Below, piece after piece: positions 52,356 through 62,138 of a stretch of 64,000 nt of DNA; position 1 is the first letter of the stretch; every line of letters starts with the position of its first letter. This stretch comes from Bacteroidia bacterium (lineage in GTDB: Bacteria > Bacteroidota > Bacteroidia > M30B66): contig OZ257142.1 in NCBI GenBank assembly GCA_965279035.1, forward strand, positions 1,280,001 to 1,344,000, written 5' to 3'. Below the pieces are notes generated by a model that was not told the origin of the DNA, ran no database searches, and worked only from the letters and a program-made list of their open reading frames with translations. A program made the position numbers and the translations under genes.

Positions 52356-53774
52356 ATGAAAAACGTCAACTCTAAAAGTACGGGGCTTTATTTCGCTGCT
52401 TTATTAATTGGGATGTCATCCTCAATGAGCATATTGAAATCGCAACCCGATGTACCCAATCCGGGATTAACATGTCAAGTTACAATTCAAAGTGTTGTTT
52501 CTTTTCAACCCGCTAAACGAAAAGATGGTTCTGTTATCCCTGCTGAATTTGTGAATACAGCTAATGTTATTGGATTTCCTCAGAATTCTGACCAATCTAC
52601 AGATGTTAACTATGTTTCTCTTGGCTTTGGCGGAGAAATTTCAGTCATGTTAACAGATCGCCTTGCAAATGGTACAGGTGCAGATTTTCGATTAGTTGAA
52701 ACTACATTACCAACATCAAACTGCACTCGTTATCCAGAAAAAGCAGAAGTTTTTGTTTCTCAAGACGGTTGTAATTATGTTAGTCTTGGTTCAACTTGTC
52801 AGGATGGGTCTTTTGATTTAGGTGGTTCTGGGCTAGAGTGGATTAAATATGTTAAGATTCATGATATCAGTCCAATAACTCATCCTTTTCAAAATGATGC
52901 ACTCGCAAATGGATATGATTTAGATGGAATTCAATGTTTAAATGGAGCAGCTTCTTCTACAGCACCATTTAATACTACATTTTTAGCTGGGGCAGCACGT
53001 ACTTATCAAAATTATTTGCCTGCAAATCCTACAACAATACCTGCTTCTCGTAAGATTCCTGCGAATGCTACTGGATTCCCACAAAATAATAATGGAACAC
53101 CTATTACCTTTGTTTCACTTGGCTTTGGTGGAGAAATAACAGTAATATTTGACTATATCGTATTTGATAAACCTGGTCATGATCTTTTTATAACTGAAAC
53201 ATCAGGTTCTGCAAGTTATCCTGAAAAAGCAGAGTTTTATGGATCTGCTAATGGTTCAGAATGGGTTTCTCTTTCAACTACAGAAGATGGAACTACTTTA
53301 GAACAAGATGGTTGGATTGATTTTAATGGTGCATTATATGGACTAAAATACCTTCGTGTTATTGATCGTAGTAAGAAATCAGCTTTTCCTTCGGGATCTG
53401 ATGGATATGATTTAGATGGTGTTACTACAATTAATGGATCAAATTGCTTATCAAATGGTCAACCTACTAGCAATGCTCGTTACTACCAAATTGAGAACAA
53501 TGTTCCTGATGAATCTGGAGTAGCGTCGGTATACCCAAATCCTTTTACTAATTTATTTACATTCAACTATCTTGCAGGAAGTAGTAAAGAAAATATTTCA
53601 ATGCGTGTTGTGAATATTACTGGTCAAGCTGTATTTACTCAAGTATTTGAAGTTGAACCTTCCCAAGAATATACTAAATCGGTTGATTTATCAAGTTTGC
53701 CATCAGGTATATATATGATTGAAATTTCATCATTATCCAATGGTAAGGAAGTTTTGAAATTGATTAAAAACTAA
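52356..53774 (+). CDS. T9SS cargo protein, paralog 3: two SLGFGG domains, CTD
   Basis: Signal peptide; two VSLGFGGEI...YPEKAE...GYDLDG repeats; VYPNPF; TACCTTTG box at 52305. Confidence 0.85.
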   Translation: MKNVNSKSTGLYFAALLIGMSSSMSILKSQPDVPNPGLTCQVTIQSVVSFQPAKRKDGSVIPAEFVNTANVIGFPQNSDQSTDVNYVSLGFGGEISVMLTDRLANGTGADFRLVETTLPTSNCTRYPEKAEVFVSQDGCNYVSLGSTCQDGSFDLGGSGLEWIKYVKIHDISPITHPFQNDALANGYDLDGIQCLNGAASSTAPFNTTFLAGAARTYQNYLPANPTTIPASRKIPANATGFPQNNNGTPITFVSLGFGGEITVIFDYIVFDKPGHDLFITETSGSASYPEKAEFYGSANGSEWVSLSTTEDGTTLEQDGWIDFNGALYGLKYLRVIDRSKKSAFPSGSDGYDLDGVTTINGSNCLSNGQPTSNARYYQIENNVPDESGVASVYPNPFTNLFTFNYLAGSSKENISMRVVNITGQAVFTQVFEVEPSQEYTKSVDLSSLPSGIYMIEISSLSNGKEVLKLIKN

Positions 53775-53797
53775 ATCAATTTTTTCAATAGTGCTTT

Positions 53798-53828
53798 AAA
53801 GCCCGATTTAATAAATCGGGCTTTTTTT
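53798..53828 (+). terminator. Intrinsic terminator of paralog 3
   Basis: AAAGCCCGATTTA-A-TAAATCGGGCTTTTTTT. Confidence 0.85.
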
Positions 53829-54064
53829 ATTGTTAATAAGTATGGTTTTGAATTAAAATTTTGTTTTTAATGTAAGGAATTTAGTAGACAATTAGTGTCT
53901 AAACATCGTTAAAATACGTAGCAAATATCAAATATAGATAATAAATACTATAATAAGTTAAGCTTTGTTCAACTGCGTGAGTATTTATGATTAAAATCAT
54001 GATTTTACTATTGTAAGATTCAATCGGTTTTCAATACATTTGAATACATTTTAACCTAAACCAC

Positions 54065-55534
54065 ATGAAAACATTTACTTCTTTTAAAAAGCCTATGTTG
54101 GCAGGAGCAATGGTAATTGGTGCTGGACTCTTGCAAGTTATAGCTCAACCAATTTACCCTGTAACAATTGCAAATTATGCAGTTGGAACAACACAAGACG
54201 GACTCAGCAATGGAGTTCCAGTAGGTCGTGACAATCCATTGAATGCATTATTTGTTGAAAATTCTGATGTTCAAGGTCCTACAAATAATTTTGTTTCTCT
54301 TGGATTTGGAGGAGTAATTGATCTTCAATTTGACCAACCATTTGGACGTGGAGAAGGACTTGATCTTGAGATATTTGAAACTTCATTTGGAACCCCAAAT
54401 TGCGCTACATGGCCAGAACAAGCCAATGTATATGTATCACAAGATGGTTGTAATTGGGTACAAGTTGCTGCTAACCAATGCCAAAATTTTGGAGTAGAAC
54501 TTCCAGATAATCTTCCTTGGGCATTATTTGTTCGTATCGAAGATTCTTCAAACAATGCTTCATTTCAGCCAGATGCTGATGGGTATGATGTTGATGGTGT
54601 TCAAGCAAATTACTTAAGCAATATTCCTTTGAAAGGTTCTGAGGATTTACGTTTTGCTGATTCTTACCAAAACTTCATTCAAGGTTCAATTAAAGGAAAT
54701 GCTTCTACATTACCTGCATTGAACCGTCGCGATCCAAATCAAGCAGTTGGTCCAACTACAGGAAGTGACGTTGCTGGTTCTCCAGTATTTGTTTCTTTAG
54801 GTTTTGATAAAGAAGCTACTGCAGAAACTGAAGGTCAAATTACTTTGGTATTTGACTATACTGTATTTGACCGTCCAGGTGCAGATCTAACAGTATTCGA
54901 AACAACTTTTGGTGATAATGCATCTCAAACTTGTGATAAATACCCTGAAGTTGCAGAATTCTGGGGTTCAAATGATGGAAGTAGCTGGACTTTATTAGCT
55001 GCTGCTTCTACTGAGCCTTCTGATGCATATTTAGGTGGTTCAGGCCGTCTTTGTCGTGATGGTCAGTTGGATATTTCAGGTATGCCATTATCAGGTGGAG
55101 TTAGTACACTTCGTTATTTGAAAATCGTTGATAAATCAATCAAATCATCTAGTCGTTTCCCAGGTAGTGCTGATGCATATGATGTAGATGGAGTTTATGC
55201 TTATCCATGTGCACTTCCTAACGATGGAAAATTAGGTTTGTATGATCAAAACAATTATCCAGATGAAGATGCTTCTATGTTCTTTGCTGGAATTGCTCCA
55301 AATCCTACAAGCAACATCATTAACGTTAAACTTGAAACAGCAAGCACTGATCAGAATTACACAATTCGTGTAATTGACCTAATGGGACGTGTTGTTGCTT
55401 CTGATGCATTGAATGCTTCTGCAAATTCTTTCGTTAATCATGTAATGGACCTAGGTTCACTTCCTGCTGGAATTTACATGGTATCTATTGAAGGTGCTGG
55501 ATACAAAGTAGTAGAGAAATTGATTAAAGAATAA
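54065..55534 (+). CDS. T9SS cargo protein, paralog 4: two SLGF domains (second carries insertions), CTD
   Basis: Signal peptide; FVSLGFGG and FVSLGFDK; (W/Y)PE; YDVDG twice; IAPNPT...GIYMV; TACATTTG box at 54035. Confidence 0.85.
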   Translation: MKTFTSFKKPMLAGAMVIGAGLLQVIAQPIYPVTIANYAVGTTQDGLSNGVPVGRDNPLNALFVENSDVQGPTNNFVSLGFGGVIDLQFDQPFGRGEGLDLEIFETSFGTPNCATWPEQANVYVSQDGCNWVQVAANQCQNFGVELPDNLPWALFVRIEDSSNNASFQPDADGYDVDGVQANYLSNIPLKGSEDLRFADSYQNFIQGSIKGNASTLPALNRRDPNQAVGPTTGSDVAGSPVFVSLGFDKEATAETEGQITLVFDYTVFDRPGADLTVFETTFGDNASQTCDKYPEVAEFWGSNDGSSWTLLAAASTEPSDAYLGGSGRLCRDGQLDISGMPLSGGVSTLRYLKIVDKSIKSSSRFPGSADAYDVDGVYAYPCALPNDGKLGLYDQNNYPDEDASMFFAGIAPNPTSNIINVKLETASTDQNYTIRVIDLMGRVVASDALNASANSFVNHVMDLGSLPAGIYMVSIEGAGYKVVEKLIKE

Positions 55535-55550
55535 TCGATTTCATAAATTT

Positions 55551-55585
55551 AAAAGCCCATTCAAAGAATTGAATGGGCTTTTTTT
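55551..55585 (+). terminator. Intrinsic terminator of paralog 4
   Basis: AAAAGCCCATTCAA-agaa-TTGAATGGGCTTTTTTT. Confidence 0.88.
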
Positions 55586-55618
55586 ATTTCTATAATAATC
55601 AATTTGTTTATTTTATAT

Positions 55619-55655
55619 AAGAAAGCCCTGTTGGATATTCCAGCAGGGCTTTCTT
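55619..55655 (-). terminator. Hairpin terminator of the response-regulator gene
   Basis: AAGAAAGCCCTGTTGGA-tat-TCCAGCAGGGCTTTCTT. Confidence 0.7.
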
Positions 55656-55674
55656 ATTAATTAATTGAGTTCAA

Positions 55675-56106
55675 TTAGTTCTTACTTGGATAGTTTTTTA
55701 CTTTGATTGAATCAAGGCTAGTTTCTTCTTTCTGAGAAAATATCTTTTTCAATAAAGACCTTACTTCTTCAAAAGCTGTTTCATTCTTAACAATGAAATC
55801 ATGTGCTCCCATTTTGAAAGCACTGATTGCTACATCAGCTCCTGTTTGACCTGACAAAAAGATTACATGAATATTGGGATCAAACGATTTGATTTTTTGT
55901 AAAACCTCTAACCCTGACATTCCTGGTAAACGGTGATCTAAAATAACAACGCGTGGTTTTAGTTTAAGATTTTCCACACATTCTTCTCCAGTGAAAAAGA
56001 CTCTGATGCCATCATAATAATTCGCCTCAAGGTCATAATTGATCAGATTGGCGAAAAAGGGCTCATCCTCTACAATGAATATCTTTACTTGGTCTTGCTT
56101 CTTCAT
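55675..56106 (-). CDS. Stand-alone response regulator receiver (REC) protein
   Basis: IFIVED, ILDHRLPGMSG (phospho-Asp), FLSG, GAHDFIVK; no output domain. Confidence 0.88.
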   Translation of the reverse strand: MKKQDQVKIFIVEDEPFFANLINYDLEANYYDGIRVFFTGEECVENLKLKPRVVILDHRLPGMSGLEVLQKIKSFDPNIHVIFLSGQTGADVAISAFKMGAHDFIVKNETAFEEVRSLLKKIFSQKEETSLDSIKVKNYPSKN

Positions 56107-56277
56107 AATAGTCTTTTTTCTTTGGACCTCTTTATTCGTTTGTGATATATAAATGTTTCATTCTAAACAAATCAATCTATTTGAATCAGAAATTCATTTA
56201 TAAACAACTTTTGTAAAATAGCTAAAGTTTTCAATGCTAAACAAACCAAATGCACACATATTTATACATACAGCATG

Positions 56278-57411
56278 TTAATTCATATGCTTGATTTCAA
56301 TAAGTTCTCTTTGAGTGTGATTTTGATATTCAATGCAGAGGATATAACATCCATTTTGAATGTTCATTAGATTTAGATGAAATGGATACGCAATTTTTTC
56401 ATGAAGTATTGAAACTCCCTTTGTATCGAATATATGAATATCTATCTGTTCATTTTGAGTGAGTCCATTTTCTAATTCAAATAAAATCTTTGAATCGATA
56501 GGTTGGGGGAAAAATCTGAACTCTTTTTTTTCATTCAACTTAATTGAAGTCACATTGCAGATTTGAATAGAATAAATGTTACCCCCATTATTTAATTGAT
56601 CATTTTTCTCATCACTTAAGTAAAAGTTGCAAGTATCTAAAATTGAAAGTCCTTCCTTTTGTGTAATATCTAAAAAATGAAGTCGTTGATTAATGTTACT
56701 CAGTAGTTTATTATTTGTTGATGTATTAAAACTGAGTATTTCCAAAGATGTTAGCAAATACAAACGATTGAATTCAGGTAAGAAATCGGCTGATGTTACA
56801 GAACAAGCATATGACTGATTTCCAACCCAAAACGAATCGAGTCTACTTAATACATAATTCCCTTCAGCGGCAGGCAATGCATATTCATAAGTAAAGCCAC
56901 TATATGGAGTTGTCCTATTCTTAGTAAAAAGAAATAAGCTATCGTTTTTATAAATCATAGCTTCAGTATCAAAGTTCATTTGATTATCCTGCGGAGGAAA
57001 AAGCGACTGTTCGGAAAAATGAAATTGAATAATTGAAGGAATTAAGGTTGATTCTCCTAAGGGAAGAGTATTTGTATCAAAATAATAAATGGCCAAATCC
57101 TGCCTATCATTTTGATTATTTCCGAAATCACCAACATATAAAATTCCAGTTGGAGTAAGCGCTAAATCCTCCCAATCGTTATTTTGAACTCCATTGAGAT
57201 AAATCAAACGTACAATTTCACATTGATCATTGATTTCGTATATAACGGCCTCATTTCCAGAATCATTATGAGTAAAGAATGTTCCTGTAGATGTTCTTTC
57301 TAAGCCTGAAGACTCAAAAATGGAAGGAGGAAGCGTACATAATGGGATTGGTGAAACAGTTTGCCCGTTGACAATAAATTGAATCAGAAGAAAAAGAAGT
57401 GTTATTCTCAT
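56278..57411 (-). CDS. Secreted beta-propeller-like protein with degenerate T9SS CTD
   Basis: ESSGL, THNDSG, DWEDLA, GDFGNN.N.R, FDTEA, QKEG; FFPQP...GCYIL. ATG 57411 overlaps the mscS stop codon. Confidence 0.7.
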   Translation of the reverse strand: MRITLLFLLIQFIVNGQTVSPIPLCTLPPSIFESSGLERTSTGTFFTHNDSGNEAVIYEINDQCEIVRLIYLNGVQNNDWEDLALTPTGILYVGDFGNNQNDRQDLAIYYFDTNTLPLGESTLIPSIIQFHFSEQSLFPPQDNQMNFDTEAMIYKNDSLFLFTKNRTTPYSGFTYEYALPAAEGNYVLSRLDSFWVGNQSYACSVTSADFLPEFNRLYLLTSLEILSFNTSTNNKLLSNINQRLHFLDITQKEGLSILDTCNFYLSDEKNDQLNNGGNIYSIQICNVTSIKLNEKKEFRFFPQPIDSKILFELENGLTQNEQIDIHIFDTKGVSILHEKIAYPFHLNLMNIQNGCYILCIEYQNHTQRELIEIKHMN

Positions 57412-58250
57412 GTTGAGATTTTGAGGCAATCGGAAAGTTGCGCAAGGGCTTCTGAGTATACCGAAGACTTTAGGTTTTCTTGTTGGAAATTATTTGAAAA
57501 TGAAATGTAAATATACCAGCCAGTTGTATCAGCTAACAATAAAGTTCGCACTTGATCTTTAATGCCATTTCGTGTTCGAATAAACACTTGAAGTTCTTTC
57601 AGTCTTTCTTGAAGGTCTTTGGGGACTGATGATATATAGAGTTTAATTTCCTCCCTATATCTTCCATTCCCTTTATTTAATATCGGTTTACTTAGAATGA
57701 TACTATTATGAATCTTTACAAATTCATTGGTATTTGTTTGTTCTAGAGTAAAAAAGAAAGTTCCGATTCGTGTAACTAATCCAAATGACTGATCTATTTC
57801 AATATAATCACCCATATGGAAAGGTTTTTTATTGAGGATGATGAACCAAGCAAAAAATGATAAAAGAAGATCTCGGATCGCAAAAGCAAAACCGGATGCT
57901 ACCAAGCCTAGAAATATTGTCAAATTTCCAAGAGAAACCCCTGCTTTCCAGAATGTGATAAAAAAAGCTATCGTATATAGAGTAATGGAATAGAGCTTCG
58001 AAACGATAATTCGTTGCTCCAATTCCATTTCCTTTTCAAACATTGTCCAGACTCTTTTTTCTGTAAGTCTTAAAATAACAGTGATGACTAAGAGTGAAAT
58101 AATAAGTGTTAGAAATAACTCTAATACAAGTAAAATGGAAGGATCAATTTCAATTATTTCTTTCTTAATAATCAAATAGATTAGTTCTGAAATAATCAAA
58201 ATTACTGTCAACAATAGAATGCGACGGAAAAGTCTTTTTTTGATTGCCAT
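57408..58250 (-). CDS. mscS: Small-conductance mechanosensitive channel family protein
   Basis: GFAFAIRDLL, PFHMGDYIEI, G.VTRIG, IHNS. Confidence 0.8.
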   Translation of the reverse strand: MAIKKRLFRRILLLTVILIISELIYLIIKKEIIEIDPSILLVLELFLTLIISLLVITVILRLTEKRVWTMFEKEMELEQRIIVSKLYSITLYTIAFFITFWKAGVSLGNLTIFLGLVASGFAFAIRDLLLSFFAWFIILNKKPFHMGDYIEIDQSFGLVTRIGTFFFTLEQTNTNEFVKIHNSIILSKPILNKGNGRYREEIKLYISSVPKDLQERLKELQVFIRTRNGIKDQVRTLLLADTTGWYIYISFSNNFQQENLKSSVYSEALAQLSDCLKIST

Positions 58251-58407
58251 AGATTTAGAATGACAAAGAACGTGATTCTACAAGTTTAGGTTAAGAAAAT
58301 TGTTCAGAAACTAATTAGAATCATTTCTTAACAACAAGTAATTCCTAATTTAGCGGCGGTTAACCCATGGGCGGGATGTTCCGTCCTAACATCAAAACTG
58401 ATCATCC

Positions 58408-59352
58408 ATGAAAATTACCGTAATCGGTGCCGGAAATGTAGGTGCAACATGCGCTAACGTGATTGCAGAAAAAGAACTTGCAAACGAAGTTGTTTTAATT
58501 GATATCAAAGAAGGACTTTCAGAAGGAAAGTCTCTTGATATGTGGCAAACAGCCCCAATCAACCTTTATGATTCTCGAATTATTGGTTATACGAATGATT
58601 ATTCTCAAACGGCCAATTCTGAAGTAGTAGTTATCACATCTGGTCTACCACGTAAACCAGGAATGAGTCGTGATGATTTAATTGCAACCAATGCTGGAAT
58701 TGTAAAGTCTGTAACAGAGAATGTGATTAAATATTCTCCTGAAGCAAAGATTATCGTTGTTTCAAATCCTTTGGATGTAATGACATACGTAGCATACCTT
58801 ACTGCGAAAGTTGATCCTCGTCGGGTATTTGGTATGGCTGGAATTTTAGATACAGCAAGATATCGTGCATTTTTAGCAGAAGCACTCAATGTTTCACCAA
58901 AAGATATTCAAGCAGTTTTAATGGGTGGTCATGGTGATACAATGGTTCCACTTCCTCGTTATACAACAGTTTCTGGGATTCCTGTTACTGAGTTGATTGA
59001 TGCTGCTAAGTTGGATGCAATTATCGATCGTACTAAAAAAGGTGGAGGAGAATTGGTGAACCTAATGGGGACTTCTGCTTGGTATGCTCCAGGAGCTGCT
59101 GCCGCTCAAATGGTAGAAGCGATTGTTCGTGATCAAAAACGCATCTTCCCATGCTGTGCTCTTTTAAATGGAGAGTATGGATTGAAAGATATTTATCTCG
59201 GAGTTCCTGTGAAACTTGGTAAAAATGGTATTGAAGAAATTATCGAGTTGAAGTTGAATGCTGAAGAAAGCAAACTCTTGCATGAAAGTGCTAAAGCGGT
59301 GAAAGAAGTGATGGATGTGTATGATACCATGGCGAAATCAGCAACGGTATAA
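58408..59352 (+). CDS. mdh: Malate dehydrogenase (LDH-like)
   Basis: IGAGNVGA, PRKPGMSRDDL, SNPLD, LDTARY, GGHGD. Confidence 0.96.
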   Translation: MKITVIGAGNVGATCANVIAEKELANEVVLIDIKEGLSEGKSLDMWQTAPINLYDSRIIGYTNDYSQTANSEVVVITSGLPRKPGMSRDDLIATNAGIVKSVTENVIKYSPEAKIIVVSNPLDVMTYVAYLTAKVDPRRVFGMAGILDTARYRAFLAEALNVSPKDIQAVLMGGHGDTMVPLPRYTTVSGIPVTELIDAAKLDAIIDRTKKGGGELVNLMGTSAWYAPGAAAAQMVEAIVRDQKRIFPCCALLNGEYGLKDIYLGVPVKLGKNGIEEIIELKLNAEESKLLHESAKAVKEVMDVYDTMAKSATV

Positions 59353-59372
59353 TTCAATAAAAATTAATTTTT

Positions 59373-59397
59373 AAGGGGCCTAATAAGCCCCTTTTTT
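59373..59397 (+). terminator. Intrinsic terminator of mdh
   Basis: AAGGGGC-ctaataa-GCCCCTTTTTT. Confidence 0.75.
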
Positions 59398-59403
59398 ATT
59401 CGA

Positions 59404-59850
59404 ATGAACAAATACACTTTACCCATTGAGATAATCGATTTACATGGTGAGGGAATGCATCTATTTGTTCGTGTAAAAGCAGGTAGGAAGAATTGTCGAT
59501 TGCTACTCGACACAGGGGCATCACGAACCGTTTTTGATTCAGAGCGGTTTGCAAAACTTTTCCCACTTGTTCAAATAGAATCCCTCGATAAATTATCTAC
59601 TGGATTAGGTACAGATTCCTTAAGTGGTCATTCAGGAATTATTCCGAGTTTATCGTTCGGTAAGTTGAAACTTATCGACTTTAAAACTGTTATATTGAAC
59701 TTGAGTCATGTGAATAAATCATATAAGAGTCTTGGTTTTCCTCTTATTGATGGAGTTTTGGGAAGCGATTTACTTTTCAAATTCCTAGCTCATATTGATT
59801 ATGGAAAATCTGAAATGCTTTTAATGGATCAAATGTTATTCGAGAAATAA
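59404..59850 (+). CDS. Retropepsin-like (clan AA) aspartyl protease
   Basis: LLLDTGASRT and DGVLGSDLL motifs. Confidence 0.85.
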   Translation: MNKYTLPIEIIDLHGEGMHLFVRVKAGRKNCRLLLDTGASRTVFDSERFAKLFPLVQIESLDKLSTGLGTDSLSGHSGIIPSLSFGKLKLIDFKTVILNLSHVNKSYKSLGFPLIDGVLGSDLLFKFLAHIDYGKSEMLLMDQMLFEK

Positions 59851-59852
59851 AG

Positions 59853-60986
59853 ATGAAAATTGGAATTGTTTGTTATCCAACATTTGGAGGAAGTGGCGTA
59901 GTTGCAACTGAATTAGGAATGGCTTTGGCGGCTCAAGGACATCAAGTTCATTTCATTTCGTATAGTCAGCCGTTTCGACTTGATTTTTTTTCTGGTAATT
60001 TATTTTACCATGAAGTTCCTATTACAAATTATCCTCTTTTTGAATTTCTGCCCTATGAGATTTCATTAACGTCGAAGTTGGTAGATGTTGTTATGCATCA
60101 AGATTTAGATCTTTTGCATGTACATTACGCTATTCCGCATGCTTCTGCGGCTTATATGGCTAAGAAAATATTGGCAACGAAAGGAAAGAATATCCCATTC
60201 ATAACTACATTACACGGAACAGATATTACCTTAATGGGACGTGATCCATCCTATCAACCGGTGATTGAATTTGCGATCAATGAAAGTGATGGAGTGACTG
60301 CTGTATCGGATTCGCTTCGATTGGATACTTTAAAATATTTTGATATTACTCGTGAGATTGAGGTGATCCCCAACTTTATCGATATTGAGAATTACGCCAA
60401 AGAATCGGACTTATGTTTCAAAGGCATGTATGCTCCAAATGGGGAGAAAATTTTAACACATATTTCGAACTTCAGACCAGTTAAACGAATTGATGATGTT
60501 GTTCGTGTTTTCGAAAAAGTACATCAGGAAATGCCTGCTAAATTATTGCTTGCAGGTGATGGTCCAGAGAGAGGGAATGTGGAGAATTTGGCTCGACAAC
60601 TAGGTGTTATTCAAGATGTTGTTTTTTTAGGCAAAACCAAAGCGATAGAAAGAATCTTATACATGTCGGATTTGTTCTTGTTGACTTCTGAATCGGAAAG
60701 TTTTGGATTATCATCTCTGGAAGCAATGGCTAGTCATGTTCCAGTTATTTCAACCAATACAGGTGGAATTCCAGAAGTAAATATTGATGGGGTTTCAGGC
60801 TTTTTAAGTCGTGTAGGTGATGTAGATGATATGGCTCGAAATGCACTGAGACTATTAAAAGATGAAAACTTGATGCGGCAATTTAAAGTGCAGGCACGAG
60901 CTCAAGCAGCTAAATTCAATATTACTGAAATACTACCGCTTTATGAGCAAATGTATTCGAGGCTAACAGGATTAACTATTGTTTAA
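59853..60986 (+). CDS. bshA: N-acetyl-alpha-D-glucosaminyl L-malate synthase
   Basis: CYPTFGGSGVVATELG, HVHYAIPHA, TLHGTD, HISNFRPVKR, ESFGL. Confidence 0.93.
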   Translation: MKIGIVCYPTFGGSGVVATELGMALAAQGHQVHFISYSQPFRLDFFSGNLFYHEVPITNYPLFEFLPYEISLTSKLVDVVMHQDLDLLHVHYAIPHASAAYMAKKILATKGKNIPFITTLHGTDITLMGRDPSYQPVIEFAINESDGVTAVSDSLRLDTLKYFDITREIEVIPNFIDIENYAKESDLCFKGMYAPNGEKILTHISNFRPVKRIDDVVRVFEKVHQEMPAKLLLAGDGPERGNVENLARQLGVIQDVVFLGKTKAIERILYMSDLFLLTSESESFGLSSLEAMASHVPVISTNTGGIPEVNIDGVSGFLSRVGDVDDMARNALRLLKDENLMRQFKVQARAQAAKFNITEILPLYEQMYSRLTGLTIV

Positions 60987-61324
60987 CCACCCGCTTTCTT
61001 TGCTTTGTAGTTTTTAGAGATAAGAAAATTCAGAATTTTATCTCGGTGATCACCTTGAATTAATATTTCAGCATCCTTGGCGCTTCCACCCGAACCACAT
61101 AAGTTTTTGAGTGCTTTGGATAAAACTTCTAAATCAGCAGAAGTTCCTATAAAACCGCTAATAAGTGTGACCTGTTTTCCAGCTCGTGCTTTTTTATCGA
61201 GCAATATTTTCAGGTTTTGTTGATTTGGAGGAAGAGTTTCGGGCTCAGTATCTTTTTCAGTTTCATAACTGAAATTGGGATTCGTTGAATACACAATATT
61301 GATTCTGTCTTTGGGCTTAGCCAT
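60983..61324 (-). CDS. yciH: Translation initiation factor SUI1 (YciH) family
   Basis: VYSTNP, RAGKQVT, CGSGGSAKD, IQGDHR. Confidence 0.9.
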   Translation of the reverse strand: MAKPKDRINIVYSTNPNFSYETEKDTEPETLPPNQQNLKILLDKKARAGKQVTLISGFIGTSADLEVLSKALKNLCGSGGSAKDAEILIQGDHRDKILNFLISKNYKAKKAGG

Positions 61325-61481
61325 ACCTGTATTCTATCAGATCCGAAAGATATTGAATAAGCCCTTATTCAACCATTAATTGATTTCATTTTTGATTGAA
61401 TGTTGAAAGAAGTGCAATATTCAAACATGTTAATTATACACATATAGTGTAATTTGCGGCCTCAAATTCAACTCTTCAACA

Positions 61482-62138
61482 ATGAAATTTTTTATCGACA
61501 CAGCCAACCTTGATCAAATTCGTGATGCACAAGACTTAGGTGTATTGGATGGTGTAACTACCAATCCAAGTTTAATGGCAAAAGAAGGAATTAAAGGAGC
61601 CGACCGGATTTTAAAACATTATGTTGATATATGTGAAATTGTAGATGGAGATGTTAGTGCAGAAGTGATTTCTACAGATTACGAAGGCATTATTAGAGAA
61701 GGTGAAAACTTAGCGTCCTTGCATCCACAAATCGTAGTTAAAGTTCCTATGATACGAGATGGAGTGAAAGCCATCAAGTATTTTTCAAAAATTGGAATTC
61801 GTACAAATTGTACGTTGATTTTCTCTGCTGGACAAGCTTTGTTAGCTGCTAAAGCGGGTGCAACTTATGTTTCTCCATTTATTGGGCGATTGGATGATAT
61901 TTCGACCAGCGGTGTTGGATTGATTGAACAAATTCGTTTGATCTATGACAATTATGGATATCAAACCGAAATATTAGCTGCTTCAATTCGTCACACCATG
62001 CATTTAATAGAATGTGCCGAAGCAGGAGCTGATGTAGCAACTTGTCCATTGAATGTTATTACTGATTTATTGAAACATCCATTAACTGATATAGGATTGG
62101 AGAAATTTCTTTCCGATTATCAGAAAACAAACGGATAA
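61482..62138 (+). CDS. fsa: Transaldolase / fructose-6-phosphate aldolase (MipB/TalC family)
   Basis: [35 protein letters not shown]. Confidence 0.93.
   Translation: MKFFIDTANLDQIRDAQDLGVLDGVTTNPSLMAKEGIKGADRILKHYVDICEIVDGDVSAEVISTDYEGIIREGENLASLHPQIVVKVPMIRDGVKAIKYFSKIGIRTNCTLIFSAGQALLAAKAGATYVSPFIGRLDDISTSGVGLIEQIRLIYDNYGYQTEILAASIRHTMHLIECAEAGADVATCPLNVITDLLKHPLTDIGLEKFLSDYQKTNG

Noticed and set aside
47976-55534. Paralog array as silent cassettes or a shufflon
   Set aside because: Each gene is complete with its own leader and terminator. No recombinase or shared recombination sites were seen.
58369-58386. GC-rich hairpin in the mdh leader as a riboswitch or sRNA
   Set aside because: A single short stem (GGGCGGG-atgt-TCCGTCC) with no aptamer features; probably a 5' stabilising hairpin.
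59404-59850. Retropepsin as a retroelement remnant
   Set aside because: Stand-alone clan AA proteases are common in bacteria; no RT or integrase nearby.
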